From: an uncultured Pseudomonadota bacterium
GTDB lineage: Bacteria; Oederibacteriota; Muellerivitia; Muellerivitales; Muellerivitaceae
DNA: 64,000 nucleotides
Direction of reading: 5' to 3'
Assembly (NCBI GenBank): GCA_963836235.1
Contig: CAWIIP010000001.1
Location: 32,001-96,000, forward strand
The position numbers and the translations under genes were made by a program. The notes under the pieces are model-generated. The model had not been told where the DNA came from and did not search any database. It saw nothing but the letters and a program-made list of their open reading frames with translations. How positions within the stretch are numbered: position 1 is the first letter of the stretch; each line of letters starts with the position of its first letter. Positions 44,971 through 56,800 of the stretch are shown here, one piece after another.

Positions 44971-46066
44971 TTGGCGTTGTTCGAATTGGACGTCAAGTCT
45001 CTGGAGAGAAAGTTTACCGAAGTGAGGGATCATCTTTGACCCCGCTCAAGTTAAGCGGGACATAGAGCGGCTCGAAGACCAGACCACCCAGCCCAAGTTT
45101 TGGGACGATCCTAAAAGTGCGCAGTCCGTGACCGCGCAATTGGCCCGGTTGAAAGACACCATGGCCTTGGTGCAGGATTTCGAGAAACAATATCACGACC
45201 TGCTCACCTATAACGAATTGCTTAAGGAACAGCACGATCCCACCCTGATCGCCGAAATGGAGCAAAGCCACAAGAAGTTCGAAACGGACTTTCGCAACTT
45301 CGAGCTCAAGCGGAATTTCAGCGGCAAGTATGACTTCAATAACGCCTATGTTTCCATTCATCCCGGGGCGGGAGGCACGGAAAGCCAGGACTGGGCTTCC
45401 ATGCTTTTGCGCATGTACCTGCGGTGGATGGAATCCAAAGGCTATGAGGTAGAAACGCTCGATTACCAGGTGGCGGAAGAGGCGGGCATCAAATCCGTGT
45501 CCCTTTTCGTAAAAGGGCCCTGGGCCTATGGCTTTCTCAAAGTTGAGAAGGGTGTCCACCGATTGGTCCGTATTTCTCCCTTTGACGCCAATAAACGCCG
45601 TCATACTTCCTTTTCTTCCGTCGACGTCATGCCGGAAGTGGACGATGTGGAGTTTGAACTAAGATGGGACGACATTAAGTTCGATACCTTTCGTTCGGGC
45701 GGCAAGGGAGGCCAGAACGTCAATAAGGTCGAGACGGCGGTAAGACTGACCCACATCCCCACGGGCCTCATTGTGGCCTGTCAGACCCAGCGCTCCCAGC
45801 TTCAAAATAAGGAACAGGCGTTGAAGATGTTGAAGGCCAAATTGTTCCAATATCACCAGGACCTGCATGACGAGGAGATGTCGAAGGTCGCCGGGGCCAA
45901 GAAAAAGATCGAGTGGGGAAGCCAGATTCGGTCCTACGTTTTCCAGCCCTACCAAATGGCCAAGGACCACCGCACGAACGTGGAAATGAACGATATTAAC
46001 CGGGTAATGGATGGGGATATCGATCCTTTCATCGAAGCGGCCCTCAAGGCCAAGTTAGTTGATTAA
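44971..46066 (+). CDS. prfB: Peptide chain release factor 2 with programmed +1 frameshift
   Basis: Short ORF from TTG 44971 (or ATG 44965) ending AGGGAT-CAT-CTT-TGA-C at 45034-45040; the +1 frame continues [24 protein letters not shown]. Confidence 0.95.
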
Positions 46067-46113
46067 TTTTTAAATGTTATACTGGCTGTCCACTTCAAGG
46101 AGTTTTTTTAAAA

Positions 46114-47622
46114 ATGTCCGAACTCAACGAATTCATTAAAGTCCGTATCGACAAGTTGAAGGCGCTGAAAGAAAAAGGGATTAATCCCTATCCTTCCGCG
46201 GCTTTCGCCATTAGCCGTCACTCGGCGGAAATTTTAGAAAAATACAAGGACCTTCAGGCCGGGGAACACAAAGAATCGGAGAAAGTCTCCATAGCGGGAA
46301 GATTGATGACTATTCGAGGAATGGGGAAAAGTTCTTTCGCCCATATTCTCGATAGCCTTGGAAAGATCCAGATATACGTTAAAAAAGACGGCGTGGGTGA
46401 AAAGGCCTACGAAATCTTCAATTTATTGGATTTGGGAGACATCATCGGCATCAAAGGATTTCCTTTTAAAACAAAAACCGGCGAAGTCAGTATCCATGTC
46501 GAGTCTTTTGAAATCCTCTGCAAGTCCCTGCATCAGTTGCCGGAGAAGTGGCATGGCCTCACCGATGTCGAGGCCCGTTACCGCCATCGTTACGTGGATT
46601 TGATCGTCAATGACGCGGTCCGAAAGACTTTTGAAACCCGTTCTAAAGTTGTTGGAGCTATGCGCAAACACCTGGATGGAACGGGGTTTCTAGAAGTAGA
46701 AACCCCCATGATGCATCCCATCCCCGGCGGGGCCGCGGCCAAGCCCTTTTTGACCCATCACAACGCGTTGGATATGGATTTATTCCTGCGAATCGCCCCG
46801 GAACTTTATTTGAAACGACTTTTGGTGGGTGGTTTCGAGAAAGTTTATGAGATCAACCGCAATTTCCGCAATGAAGGCATCAGTATTAAGCACAATCCCG
46901 AATTCACCATGCTGGAGGCTTACCAGGCCTATGGGAACAATGAGACGGTAATGGCCCTGACCGAACAACTTTTGGCTGAAGCGGCCAAAGCCGCCGGGCA
47001 AGGCGTCAAGATTACGGTGGGTGATACCGAGTTAGACTTCACGCCTCCTTTTAAACGGATTCCACTTTTTCGGGCTTTGGAAGAGTTTGCTGGAATCGAA
47101 TATGACGAAATCTCGATGGACGACTTGAAGAAACGATTGAAAACGACGGCCGCCCAGGTAAAGCATGTGGATTCCTTGTCTAAGGCTGAACTGGCTTACC
47201 TTCTTTTCGGAGAGTTGGTGGAACCCAACTTGATTCAACCGACTTTTATCACCGATTTCCCGGTCGAAGTTTCACCGCTGGCCAAAGCCAAAACCGACAA
47301 TCCCGAATTGACGGAGCGATTCGAACTTTTCATTTTGGGGCGTGAAATCGCCAATGGATTTTCCGAGTTGAATGACCCGATTGACCAGCGCCGCCGTTTT
47401 GAAAAACAAGTGGAATTGCGCAAGGCCGGGGACGAAGAAGGGATGTTTCTTGACGAGGACTTCATCCTGGCCCTTTCTTACGGCATGCCGCCCGCGGGAG
47501 GTGTCGGCATCGGAATCGACCGTCTTTTGATGCTTCTGACCAACAGCCCCTCCATCCGTGATGTCATCCTATTTCCGTTACTGCGTCAAAAGGATGACAC
47601 TGAAAAAATGATATTTGAATAA
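46114..47622 (+). CDS. lysS: Lysine-tRNA ligase (class II)
   Basis: GGAAAKPFLTHHNALD, FRNEGI..KHNPEFT, YGMPPAGGVGIGIDRL. Confidence 0.98.
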   Translation: MSELNEFIKVRIDKLKALKEKGINPYPSAAFAISRHSAEILEKYKDLQAGEHKESEKVSIAGRLMTIRGMGKSSFAHILDSLGKIQIYVKKDGVGEKAYEIFNLLDLGDIIGIKGFPFKTKTGEVSIHVESFEILCKSLHQLPEKWHGLTDVEARYRHRYVDLIVNDAVRKTFETRSKVVGAMRKHLDGTGFLEVETPMMHPIPGGAAAKPFLTHHNALDMDLFLRIAPELYLKRLLVGGFEKVYEINRNFRNEGISIKHNPEFTMLEAYQAYGNNETVMALTEQLLAEAAKAAGQGVKITVGDTELDFTPPFKRIPLFRALEEFAGIEYDEISMDDLKKRLKTTAAQVKHVDSLSKAELAYLLFGELVEPNLIQPTFITDFPVEVSPLAKAKTDNPELTERFELFILGREIANGFSELNDPIDQRRRFEKQVELRKAGDEEGMFLDEDFILALSYGMPPAGGVGIGIDRLLMLLTNSPSIRDVILFPLLRQKDDTEKMIFE

Positions 47623-47661
47623 ATCCCATTTACTACTTTTGAATTTTGCTGAAGAGGTTGG

Positions 47662-48915
47662 ATGAAATACCCATTTGAAATCTTCCTCGGGCTTCGCTAT
47701 CTCCGTTCCAAGCGTAAGCGCTCGGCCATTTCCATTCTCACTTGGCTTTCGGTTTTGGGCGTGGCCATTGGCGTGATGGCTCTCAACGTCGTTTTATCCG
47801 TCATGAATGGTTTCGATGAGGATTTAAAATCAAAGATCGTCGGGCTTAATGCCCATATCATCGTATCCGGTTTCCAAAACAGGCCTCTTTCCGACTACGA
47901 TCAAATCACTCAAATCATTAAAAAAATGGATCATGTGAAGGCGGTGGGGCCTTACATGGAAGGCCAAGCTCTCGCCCGTTCGCGGGAACGTTCCCTGGGG
48001 GTCATGGTATGGGGAATCGACCCGGACGCGCCCCAAGCTATCGCGGATTTGAATAAGTACTTATGGCAAGTGAAAGCCACGGCTCTTAAAAACCCTTTCG
48101 CCGATGGTTCGGGTAGGGGTGAAAGGATTTTCTTGGGGGCGGAATTGGCCCGCCGCCTTCAGGTTAGTGTGGGGGATGATTTAATTCTTTTCCTCCCAAT
48201 CCTTCAACAAACCCCCCTGGGTATGATGCCCAAGAGCATGAAATTCCAGATTGTGGGGTTGTTTTCAACCGGGATGTACGACTATGACGAGGCCTATACC
48301 TATGTTTCAATCGAAAACGGGCAAAAGATGTATCAATTCACGAATAACGTGACGGGAGTGGCTATCAAGGTAGACAACGTGGATCAGGCGCCAGAGGTAG
48401 CCAAGGCCATCCGAGAAAGGTTCGAGGGCCGGTATTTCGTCCAGGACTGGCTCCAAATGAACCATAATCTTTTCGTGGCGCTTCAAACGGAGAAGTGGGT
48501 GATGGGCATCATTCTTTCCCTCATCGTCCTGGTGGCATCCCTTAATATCATCAACCCCCTAACCATGATGGTCATCGAGAAGACAAAGGAAATCGGCATC
48601 TTGAAGGCCATGGGCGCGACCGACCGGAGCGTAATGTCCATTTTTATTTTCGAGGGCATGTTCATTGGCGTCATCGGTATTATCGTTGGCTTGATAGGCG
48701 GTTTCGTACTTTGCGAGATTATCGCCAGGGTGCCGATCCCTATGCCGGGCGGGGGAATGGTTTATTACATCGACCGACTGCCGGTAAAGGTTGATCCCAA
48801 AGTTTGTTATTTCATTATCCCTGTGATGTCGGTCCTGCTTTGTTTTATTTCGACTCTTTATCCCGCGCGACAGGCGGCCAAGCTGGAGCCGGTCGACGCT
48901 ATCCGCTACAGTTAA
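47662..48915 (+). CDS. lolE: Lipoprotein-releasing ABC permease, LolC/E family
   Basis: LGVAIGVMALNVVLSVMNGF, EKTKEIGILKAMGA, YPARQAAKLEPVDAIRY. Confidence 0.92.
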   Translation: MKYPFEIFLGLRYLRSKRKRSAISILTWLSVLGVAIGVMALNVVLSVMNGFDEDLKSKIVGLNAHIIVSGFQNRPLSDYDQITQIIKKMDHVKAVGPYMEGQALARSRERSLGVMVWGIDPDAPQAIADLNKYLWQVKATALKNPFADGSGRGERIFLGAELARRLQVSVGDDLILFLPILQQTPLGMMPKSMKFQIVGLFSTGMYDYDEAYTYVSIENGQKMYQFTNNVTGVAIKVDNVDQAPEVAKAIRERFEGRYFVQDWLQMNHNLFVALQTEKWVMGIILSLIVLVASLNIINPLTMMVIEKTKEIGILKAMGATDRSVMSIFIFEGMFIGVIGIIVGLIGGFVLCEIIARVPIPMPGGGMVYYIDRLPVKVDPKVCYFIIPVMSVLLCFISTLYPARQAAKLEPVDAIRYS

Positions 48916-48922
48916 GGGACTT

Positions 48923-49603
48923 ATGGAAATCCTCAAAGTCGACAACGCGACCAAGACTTACCATATGGAGGGCGAAGAAGTACGTGCCCTTCGGGACGTC
49001 AGCTTTTCATTGGATGCGGGCGATATTACGGTCATTCTTGGTCCTTCAGGTTCCGGAAAGAGCACCCTTTTGACCCTCATGGGGGGCTTGGGCAGTCCGT
49101 CCGAGGGTAAGGTGTATTGTAAGGGAAAGTCCCTTTACGACATGAACGGCGAGGAATTGGCTTTTTGGCGCAACAAACTTTTCGGATTCATATTCCAGTT
49201 CCACCACTTGATGCCGGAGCTTACCGCGTTGGAAAATGTCATTTTGCCGGGCCAAATAGCCCGCAAAGAATATGAAGACTGCCGGGTGAGGGCGGAGAAA
49301 CTTTTGGCCCATGTTGGATTAAGGGATCGGATGACCCACAAACCAGGGGAATTGTCCGGCGGAGAACAACAGAGAGTGGCCGTATGCCGGGCTTTAATGA
49401 ATGAGCCGGAAATTATCCTTGCCGACGAACCAACAGGCAATCTGGACGTCAAAACGGCGGAGGGAATCCATGATGTGCTTTGGGAGCTATGTCAAAAAGA
49501 GGGGCGGACGTTGATTGTGGTGACGCATTATGAGCCCCTTGCCAAACGGGCGGATCAAATATTAACCCTCAACGCGGGGCAAGTTGTTAAGAAGAGAACT
49601 TAA
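48923..49603 (+). CDS. lolD: Lipoprotein-releasing ABC ATPase
   Basis: GPSGSGKST, GFIFQFHHL, LSGGEQQRVA, ADEPTGNLD. Confidence 0.9.
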   Translation: MEILKVDNATKTYHMEGEEVRALRDVSFSLDAGDITVILGPSGSGKSTLLTLMGGLGSPSEGKVYCKGKSLYDMNGEELAFWRNKLFGFIFQFHHLMPELTALENVILPGQIARKEYEDCRVRAEKLLAHVGLRDRMTHKPGELSGGEQQRVAVCRALMNEPEIILADEPTGNLDVKTAEGIHDVLWELCQKEGRTLIVVTHYEPLAKRADQILTLNAGQVVKKRT

Positions 49604-49624
49604 AACTAATTTTTTGGAGTTTTT

Positions 49625-50191
49625 ATGCTTTGTCAAAGATGTCAACAACGCCAAGCCACTGTTTTTTTCTCGCAGACCATCGGTAACCAAACGACCCAGG
49701 CTCATTTGTGCGAAGTTTGTGCCCGGGAGCAAACCCAGGGATATGGCGGCATGAGTCCTTTTGCTTTTAATCCCTTTTCCGCCCTCTCGGATTTTCTCAA
49801 TAATTTCATGAATTGGAACGAGGGCGCTATCGCCGAAGTGAATTCGGGGCGGACCGGTTCGGTGGCGGTCGATCCCCAACTCCAATGTCCCTATTGTGGT
49901 TACCAACTTTCAACTTTCCGGCAAAATGGCCGCTTGGGATGCACCAAGTGTTATGAATCCTTTAAGAGCGCCCTGCAGCCTTTGATTTCCAGCATTCACG
50001 GAAATGTCCAACATGTTGATGAGGGTGTGGACTTGAAAAAACCCGAAAATCAAGCAGCGGCATCGGGGGAAAATATTTCAAGCCCTGAAATCAAGGCTTT
50101 GAGGGAGAAACTAAAACAACTCATTGCGAGCGAAAAGTTCGAGGATGCGGCCCGTTTGCGGGATCAAATCAAAAACTTGGAGAATGACTAA
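49625..50191 (+). CDS. mcsA: Protein-arginine kinase activator McsA
   Basis: Four CxxC motifs, GRLGCTKCYESF, C-terminal UVR motif EKFEDAARLRDQI. Confidence 0.92.
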   Translation: MLCQRCQQRQATVFFSQTIGNQTTQAHLCEVCAREQTQGYGGMSPFAFNPFSALSDFLNNFMNWNEGAIAEVNSGRTGSVAVDPQLQCPYCGYQLSTFRQNGRLGCTKCYESFKSALQPLISSIHGNVQHVDEGVDLKKPENQAAASGENISSPEIKALREKLKQLIASEKFEDAARLRDQIKNLEND

Positions 50192-51253
50192 ATGGCTTTC
50201 GAGGACCTGTTGGCTTGCGAAGATGACTGGTTCCTGAAAACGGGGCCTTCCTGCGATGTGGTTGTTTCCAGCCGAGTGCGACTCGCCCGCAACTTAGAGG
50301 GAAGGAAGTTTCCTCATCACGCCAGCGCAATCGAGCAAAAACTGGTGGTGGATGAAGTACAAACCGCAGTTGGAACTCTATCACAAGCCAACGGTCTCAA
50401 GTTCGTCCGCTTAAATGAAATTTCCTCCCTTGACCGCCAATTTTTGACGGAACACCAACTGATCTCCGCCGAACACGCGGCAAGCTTGGGGGAAAGGGCC
50501 GTTGCTTTTGATTCCAAGGAGGGCCTGAGTTTTCTCATCAATGAGGAAGATCATTTGAGACTTCAGGCATTCCGGACCGGGTTGAACCTGAAGGAAGCCT
50601 TTCAGTATTTGACGCAAATCGACCAGAACCTCGGCCAAAAGCTTCAATATGCCAAAGATACGCAATTGGGTTACCTAACCGCCTGTCCGACCAATCTGGG
50701 GATGGCTCTACGAGCCAGCGTGATGCTCCATCTTCCGGCTCTGGTTTATACCAACCGGGCGGCCCAGGTTTTTCAGGGGGTCACCCAGGTTGGTTTGACA
50801 GTCCGGGGTCTTCAAGGAGAAACGACCCAGGTGGCCAGCGCCTTTTTCCAAATTTCCAACCAATCCTCACTTGGTAAAAGGGGGGTAGAGATCGTCGACC
50901 ATGTGGACCGGGTCGCCCACCAATTGGTGGAAGTGGAACTACAAACCCAAAAAGCTGTTTTCCAACAAGAAGGCCTAAAGCTTCAGGATCGCATTTGTCG
51001 GGCGCTGGGTACCCTTCGGAGCGCTAAAATTATTAGCCTTCAGGAAGCTTTGGACGGGCTTTCGGCTATCCGAGTTGGGGTGGAGCAAAAGATTTTAACC
51101 GGCATCGACTTGCCAAAACTCAACAGTCTTCTGATCTTGATACAACCGGCCCACTTAGCCAAAATTGCGGCACGGGAGTTAAACCCGGAGCAGGAGGCGA
51201 TGGAAAGAGCGGGGATTTTAGGGATGTATTTGAAGACAGCTGAAGCAGCTTAA
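50192..51253 (+). CDS. mcsB: Protein-arginine kinase McsB
   Basis: SSRVRLARN, INEEDHLRLQ, GYLTACPTNLG, FQISNQ. Confidence 0.93.
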   Translation: MAFEDLLACEDDWFLKTGPSCDVVVSSRVRLARNLEGRKFPHHASAIEQKLVVDEVQTAVGTLSQANGLKFVRLNEISSLDRQFLTEHQLISAEHAASLGERAVAFDSKEGLSFLINEEDHLRLQAFRTGLNLKEAFQYLTQIDQNLGQKLQYAKDTQLGYLTACPTNLGMALRASVMLHLPALVYTNRAAQVFQGVTQVGLTVRGLQGETTQVASAFFQISNQSSLGKRGVEIVDHVDRVAHQLVEVELQTQKAVFQQEGLKLQDRICRALGTLRSAKIISLQEALDGLSAIRVGVEQKILTGIDLPKLNSLLILIQPAHLAKIAARELNPEQEAMERAGILGMYLKTAEAA

Positions 51254-51408
51254 CGACCGCTCATAGTTTGCGCTTACAAGTTGGTCAACAGGAACCGGAA
51301 TTTAACCCTGATGGACTCAAATCCATCCGGCAATTATGACTCTAATCATTGATTTATGGGCCTAATTCAGTTGAAATAGGCCGCAAGCCATCCTTTAAGG
51401 AGAAAGCC

Positions 51409-53859
51409 ATGTTCGAAAGATTCACCGAACGAGCTAAAAAAGTCATTAACCCATTGGCGAAGGAAGAAGCCCGCCGACTGAACCACAATTTTATAGGAAC
51501 CGAACATCTTTTGTTGGGTCTCATTCGTGAAGGCGGCGGAGTCGCCGTTGCCGTTTTGGAATCCTTGGGTGTGGACTTGGAATCCGTTCGGATTGAAGTG
51601 GAAAATCTAACAACACCTTCCTCAGATACCTTAACCATCGGTGACCCTCAATTTACCCCCTCGGCCAAAAAGGTATTGGAATTGGCTGCCGAGGAATCCC
51701 AGAAATTGGGCCACAACTATATTGGTACCGAGCATTTGTTGCTAGGACTGATCCAGGAAGGAGAGGGCGTGGCTGCCCGCGCCTTGGAAAACCTGGGTGT
51801 TACCTATGAGAAGTCCCGCGACATGGTCATTAACCTTTTAGGCGGAACCTTTCCGAAATTTTCAAAACAAGTCAAAAAATCCAAGACTCCGGCTCTCGAC
51901 ACTTTTGGCAGGGATTTGACCCAAATGGCTAAAGATGGAAAACTGGACCCGGTCATAGGTCGTGAGGATGAAATCGAACGGGTGATCCAAATTCTTTCCC
52001 GCCGCACAAAGAATAACCCGGTGCTCATTGGGGAACCGGGTGTAGGGAAAACGGCCATTGCTGAAGGCTTGGCGCAACGGATTAAGGAAGGTAATGTTCC
52101 CGAATTGCTACTAGATAAACGCATTGTGACCTTGGATTTGGCGGCCCTCGTGGCCGGGACCAAATACCGTGGGGAATTCGAAGAACGGTTGAAGGCCGTC
52201 ATTAACGAAATCCGCCAATCGGGGAAAGTCGTTCTTTTCGTGGATGAGCTTCATACATTAGTAGGAGCGGGCGCCGCCGAGGGAGCCATTGACGCCTCCA
52301 ATATGTTGAAGCCTGCTTTGGCCCGTGGGGAATTGCAATGCATCGGAGCCACGACCCTCAATGAATATCGAAAATACATCGAGAAGGATGGCGCCTTGGA
52401 GCGCCGTTTTCAAATGATTATGGTCGATGAGCCCTCGGTAGACGAAACTATCCAAATTATTAAGGGTTTGAGGGACCGCTATGAAGCCCATCACCGCGTG
52501 CGTATTACGGATGATGCCATTGTGGCCTCGGCCCAATTGTCCCATCGTTACATCTCCGGCAGATTTCTTCCGGATAAGGCTATTGATTTGATCGATGAAG
52601 CGGGAAGCCGTACACGACTTCGCATAACGACCATGCCTCCTGAAATTCGAACTTTAGACAAAGAAGTGGAAAAGATTAAGCAAGAGAAGGAAGAAGCTAT
52701 CAAGACCCAGGAGTTTGAAAGGGCGGCAGATTTGCGCGATAAAATGAAAAAAATGCGCCAAAAGCTGCAGGAAGAAAAAGAAAAATGGGAAAACATGAAA
52801 TCCAAGGAAGAGGCGGTTGTTACTTGGGAAGACATTGCTTATGTCGCCTCCAAGTGGACGGGAATTCCCATGATCAAGCTGGGTGAAAAGGAAAGCGAGA
52901 AGCTTTTGCGCATGGAAGAAGAGCTCCATAAGCGCGTGGTGGGACAGGAAGAGGCTATCGTGGCCGTTTCCAAAGCCATTCGCCGCAGCAGGGCCGGGAT
53001 CGGAAATCCCAAAAAACCGATTGGAAGTTTTATGTTTATGGGACCGACGGGTGTTGGAAAGACCGAATTGGCCCGGGCTTTGGCTCAGTTCCTTTTTGAT
53101 GACGAGGATGCTTTGATTCGTTTTGACATGAGCGAATACATGGAAAAATTCAACGTGTCGCGTCTGGCGGGAGCTCCACCGGGATACGTGGGACACGACG
53201 AGGGCGGCCAATTGACCGAGAAGGTTCGGCGGAAACCCTATAGCGTGGTTCTTTTTGACGAGATTGAAAAGGCCCATCCGGAAATCTTTAATGTCATGTT
53301 ACAAATCTTAGAGGACGGGCGTTTGACCGACAGTTTGGGACGGGTGGTGGATTTCCGCAACACGGTTGTCATCATGACCAGCAACCTAGGCGCAAGGGAA
53401 ATGGGGATTGAAAGGAATCTTGGTTTCAACCCCGATGGCGCTGAAATGTCCTTTGAAAGCATGAAAACAAAAATCCAATCCGAATTGAAGAAAGCCTTTA
53501 ATCCGGAATTTCTGAACCGGGTGGATGACATCATTGTTTTCCATCCTCTGGAAAAGTCCCACATTGAAAAGATCGTGGACATACAACTTGAGGACGTTCA
53601 GAAACGTCTAAAAGACAAGAGCATCACACTGGCGCTCGAAGCCTCGGCCCGGGATTTTCTGATCGAAAAGGGTTACGACAAGGTCTATGGCGCTCGCCAG
53701 ATGAAGCGATCGATTCAAAAATATGTGGAGGACGCTTTGGCCGAGGAACTATTGCGCGGAAACATTAAAGAAGGTGCCAGCGTTGTTTTGAAGTCGGCTG
53801 GCGACAAATTAGAGTTCGTTTCCGGCGAGGTTAGGCCTGCGTCTGCCGCTACCGTTTGA
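51409..53859 (+). CDS. clpC: ATP-dependent Clp protease ATP-binding subunit ClpC
   Basis: [12 protein letters not shown], two Clp-N repeats, GEPGVGKT and [11 protein letters not shown] middle domain; start ATG 51409 behind AAGGAG. Confidence 0.96.
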   Translation: MFERFTERAKKVINPLAKEEARRLNHNFIGTEHLLLGLIREGGGVAVAVLESLGVDLESVRIEVENLTTPSSDTLTIGDPQFTPSAKKVLELAAEESQKLGHNYIGTEHLLLGLIQEGEGVAARALENLGVTYEKSRDMVINLLGGTFPKFSKQVKKSKTPALDTFGRDLTQMAKDGKLDPVIGREDEIERVIQILSRRTKNNPVLIGEPGVGKTAIAEGLAQRIKEGNVPELLLDKRIVTLDLAALVAGTKYRGEFEERLKAVINEIRQSGKVVLFVDELHTLVGAGAAEGAIDASNMLKPALARGELQCIGATTLNEYRKYIEKDGALERRFQMIMVDEPSVDETIQIIKGLRDRYEAHHRVRITDDAIVASAQLSHRYISGRFLPDKAIDLIDEAGSRTRLRITTMPPEIRTLDKEVEKIKQEKEEAIKTQEFERAADLRDKMKKMRQKLQEEKEKWENMKSKEEAVVTWEDIAYVASKWTGIPMIKLGEKESEKLLRMEEELHKRVVGQEEAIVAVSKAIRRSRAGIGNPKKPIGSFMFMGPTGVGKTELARALAQFLFDDEDALIRFDMSEYMEKFNVSRLAGAPPGYVGHDEGGQLTEKVRRKPYSVVLFDEIEKAHPEIFNVMLQILEDGRLTDSLGRVVDFRNTVVIMTSNLGAREMGIERNLGFNPDGAEMSFESMKTKIQSELKKAFNPEFLNRVDDIIVFHPLEKSHIEKIVDIQLEDVQKRLKDKSITLALEASARDFLIEKGYDKVYGARQMKRSIQKYVEDALAEELLRGNIKEGASVVLKSAGDKLEFVSGEVRPASAATV

Positions 53860-53872
53860 AACGAGGTAGGGC

Positions 53873-56800
53873 ATGAAAGCGAAGCCTGAAGCCGATTCCG
53901 GCTTCGTAAAGGCGACGCCGGACAATAGGGATAAGCCGAGAAAATTTCAGCGACTTCGCTGGGTTCTCTTGATCATGGCGATTTTAACCGGGGCTTTTTT
54001 GTTCTTTCAATACCGGATCGTCGATACCCAACTCCGGCCGATCATTGAAAAGCAGTTGGCCCAGGCCGTTCATTCTCCTGTATCCATCGGTTCGGTCAGG
54101 GCCGGGCTTACCGGCAATGTGGTTTTGAACCATGTTTCCCTAATGGTTCCCGGATCCCCTTGGGAAAGTCGGTTGGTCGTCGAACAAATTTCGGTCAGTG
54201 TTGACCTGTTCAGTCTGTTATTCCACCGAAAACCCCTGGAAGATTGTTTTGAAAGCTTGTTTTTTCTCCATCCCGATATTGTTTTGGTGAAAAATATAAC
54301 ATCTCCGGTCCCGTTAGCCGGTCTTTCCGGATCAGCGACCGTCGTTGCTCCAGCGGTGACCGTCCCCATTCCAGTATTTCCTGTTCCCAAAATTTCAGTT
54401 CGGGAAGGCTCTTTTTCAATCCAGGCGGAGAAAACGCCCCGTGAGGTTCTACATGGCTTAAACTTTAGCGCAGCCACCGATAATGGCGCCATCTGGGGAC
54501 TTTCGCTCTTGGCCCATTCTCCTGAAGCTGGAAGCCAGGGAATCGTCCAATTTGATGGCAGCCTTCGATTGGAAGATTTGAGAGTGAGAGGGGTTACGAA
54601 ATTACACCAGTGGCCCCTTGCCTCCACCAGTTCGACTTTAAAAGATACTACCGGGTGGGAATTATCTTCGGGGACAATCGATATGGAATCGCCGGTAGTC
54701 CTCCAACCAGGCCGGCCCATTTGGTTTGACGCCAAAGCGGACTTGTCTCAAGCAGTCCTTAAATCACCTAATCCCGTTGGGGTTACTTTCGCACAAATCA
54801 CCGGCCGGGCCATGATTCGCCCTAATGAGGTGACAGTTCCGGGTGAAATCAAGTTCCAGGTTGGGGAAACCCCTTGGCGTGCCTCAGGTCTTATCCCTTT
54901 TGATGGCCGTCCTCTTTCCGTCCGTACTTCCACAGATGAATTATTTCTCTCAAGCGTTTTTGAGGATATTTTGAAGTTAAAAGACATGAAAGCGGGTGGA
55001 AAAGGTTCCGCCACGCTATCGGTTGCCGGGACTTTTTCAAATCCCATTATCGATGGAACGGCCCAATTGGGTCCTTCCAGCGTAGGGGATTGGCAGTTGG
55101 ATTCCTTAAGTCTGAAAGCGGGCTACGAAAACGGGCAGTTTCAATTGAAAGAAGCGGACGGACAACTCTACGAAGGAACTTTGACGGCCAATGGATTCTT
55201 GGCCTTATCGGGACAACCCGACGCTCCCGTATCACTCAATGTAAACCTGGTAAATGTTGAGGCTGAAAAAGTCGCATCGACTTTAGGAATATCGGGAACC
55301 GAAGGTCGGATTGATCAGGAAGTCCACATTGGTGGATCGATGGAAAAACCGATTATTTCTTCTAGTGGCCAGATGGAGTTGGCTCGTACTTTGAGGAACA
55401 CCCTCTTCCATTACTCCATTCGCAATAACGTTCAAATGAAAGATCAAAAACTCCAAATTTCGGCCACCATAAATGATAAATCCCGTTTGGAAGGTCTTTT
55501 TGATGAAAAAACAGACTATTGGGAGCTTCAAAAGTTTTCGATTATGGCTGGGAAAAAAATCGTAAAACTGGTTGGAACCGGCGTTTTGCCTAAATCAGAT
55601 GATAAACCCATGCAAATTGAGGTTTCTGGAAAGGATATACCCATCGAGAATCTGCCTTTCTTTAACGACCAGTTTCAAGATATTACCGGAAAGGTAAATT
55701 TAGATTTCCAGGCCTCCGGCACTCGAAAGGAACCCCGAGAATTAGTTCATCTTGTCTCTGATGCGGTAACTATAAAAACCATCAGTGACGAGTCAACGTC
55801 CGCGGAGGTTGAGTCTTATTCTTTAGAGGCCTTGCTGTCCTGGGAACCTGATGAAGTAAAATTTCAAAAATTAACAATCGGAGATCCCTCCAATGAAATA
55901 TTTTCAGCTGTTGGATATCTTGGACGAAAGCCGGAATCATCAAATGACCTAAAAGTCACAGCCAATGGGTTTCCTATCCAGCATATTGCTGAAATCACCC
56001 AATGGAATAATCCACCTCAACCTTTTGAGGGGTCGGTCACGGGGCATATGCATATTTCCGGTTCGGCCGACAACCCAATCGTGGAGGGAGATGATATTGG
56101 GATTGAAGATTTGAAAGTTGGGGATTGGCATGCCGCAAAAGTGGCGGCTTCCTTGAACATGGAAGATGGAAAACTCCATTTCAAAAAGTTAAAACTAGAT
56201 CAAGGATTGGGTTTCCTTGCCGCTAGCGGCTCATGGGATACGAAGGCTCAGCCCGGGATATTGACACTTCGGTTTTCGATGACCGAATTTCAGTTGGGGA
56301 GCGGACCTTATCTTTCCGGCGATTTTCTTTTGGATGCGAAAACCACCGGAGATCCCTTCTGGCAAAACTGGAATGGCAACTTTTCGACCACCGCATTCGA
56401 TTTGAGGGATTTAAAAAACAAAACCTATCATTTTAATAATTTTTCCATGGCGGCCGTTTTTGCCGACATGGTGTTAAAAGGAAGATTAACGCTGGGTAAA
56501 GCCATTGATGGATCGGCAATTTTGGACCTATCCGGAACGGTTCCCACCGTCCAAGCGGATTTGAAAATACAACCATCCCTGCTTTCGGAAGTGCCCGAAC
56601 TTATCCAGTTTTTACCCCCCTCCTTAAAAGTTGCGGGGTACATTTCGGGAGGCATAAAACTGAAACAAGGGACCTTAGAAGAACTTCCGATAGAGGGGTC
56701 TGTGTCTGTTACAAATGGAAAAATTCAAAAGTATAGCTTTGACCGCATGGGGTTCAACTTTAATGGTGGAAAGACGAAGGTTTCTTCCAGTTTCACGCTG

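Noticed and set aside
45128-46066. Apparently N-terminally truncated prfB (possible pseudogene)
   Set aside because: Explained by the programmed +1 frameshift at CTT-TGA-C
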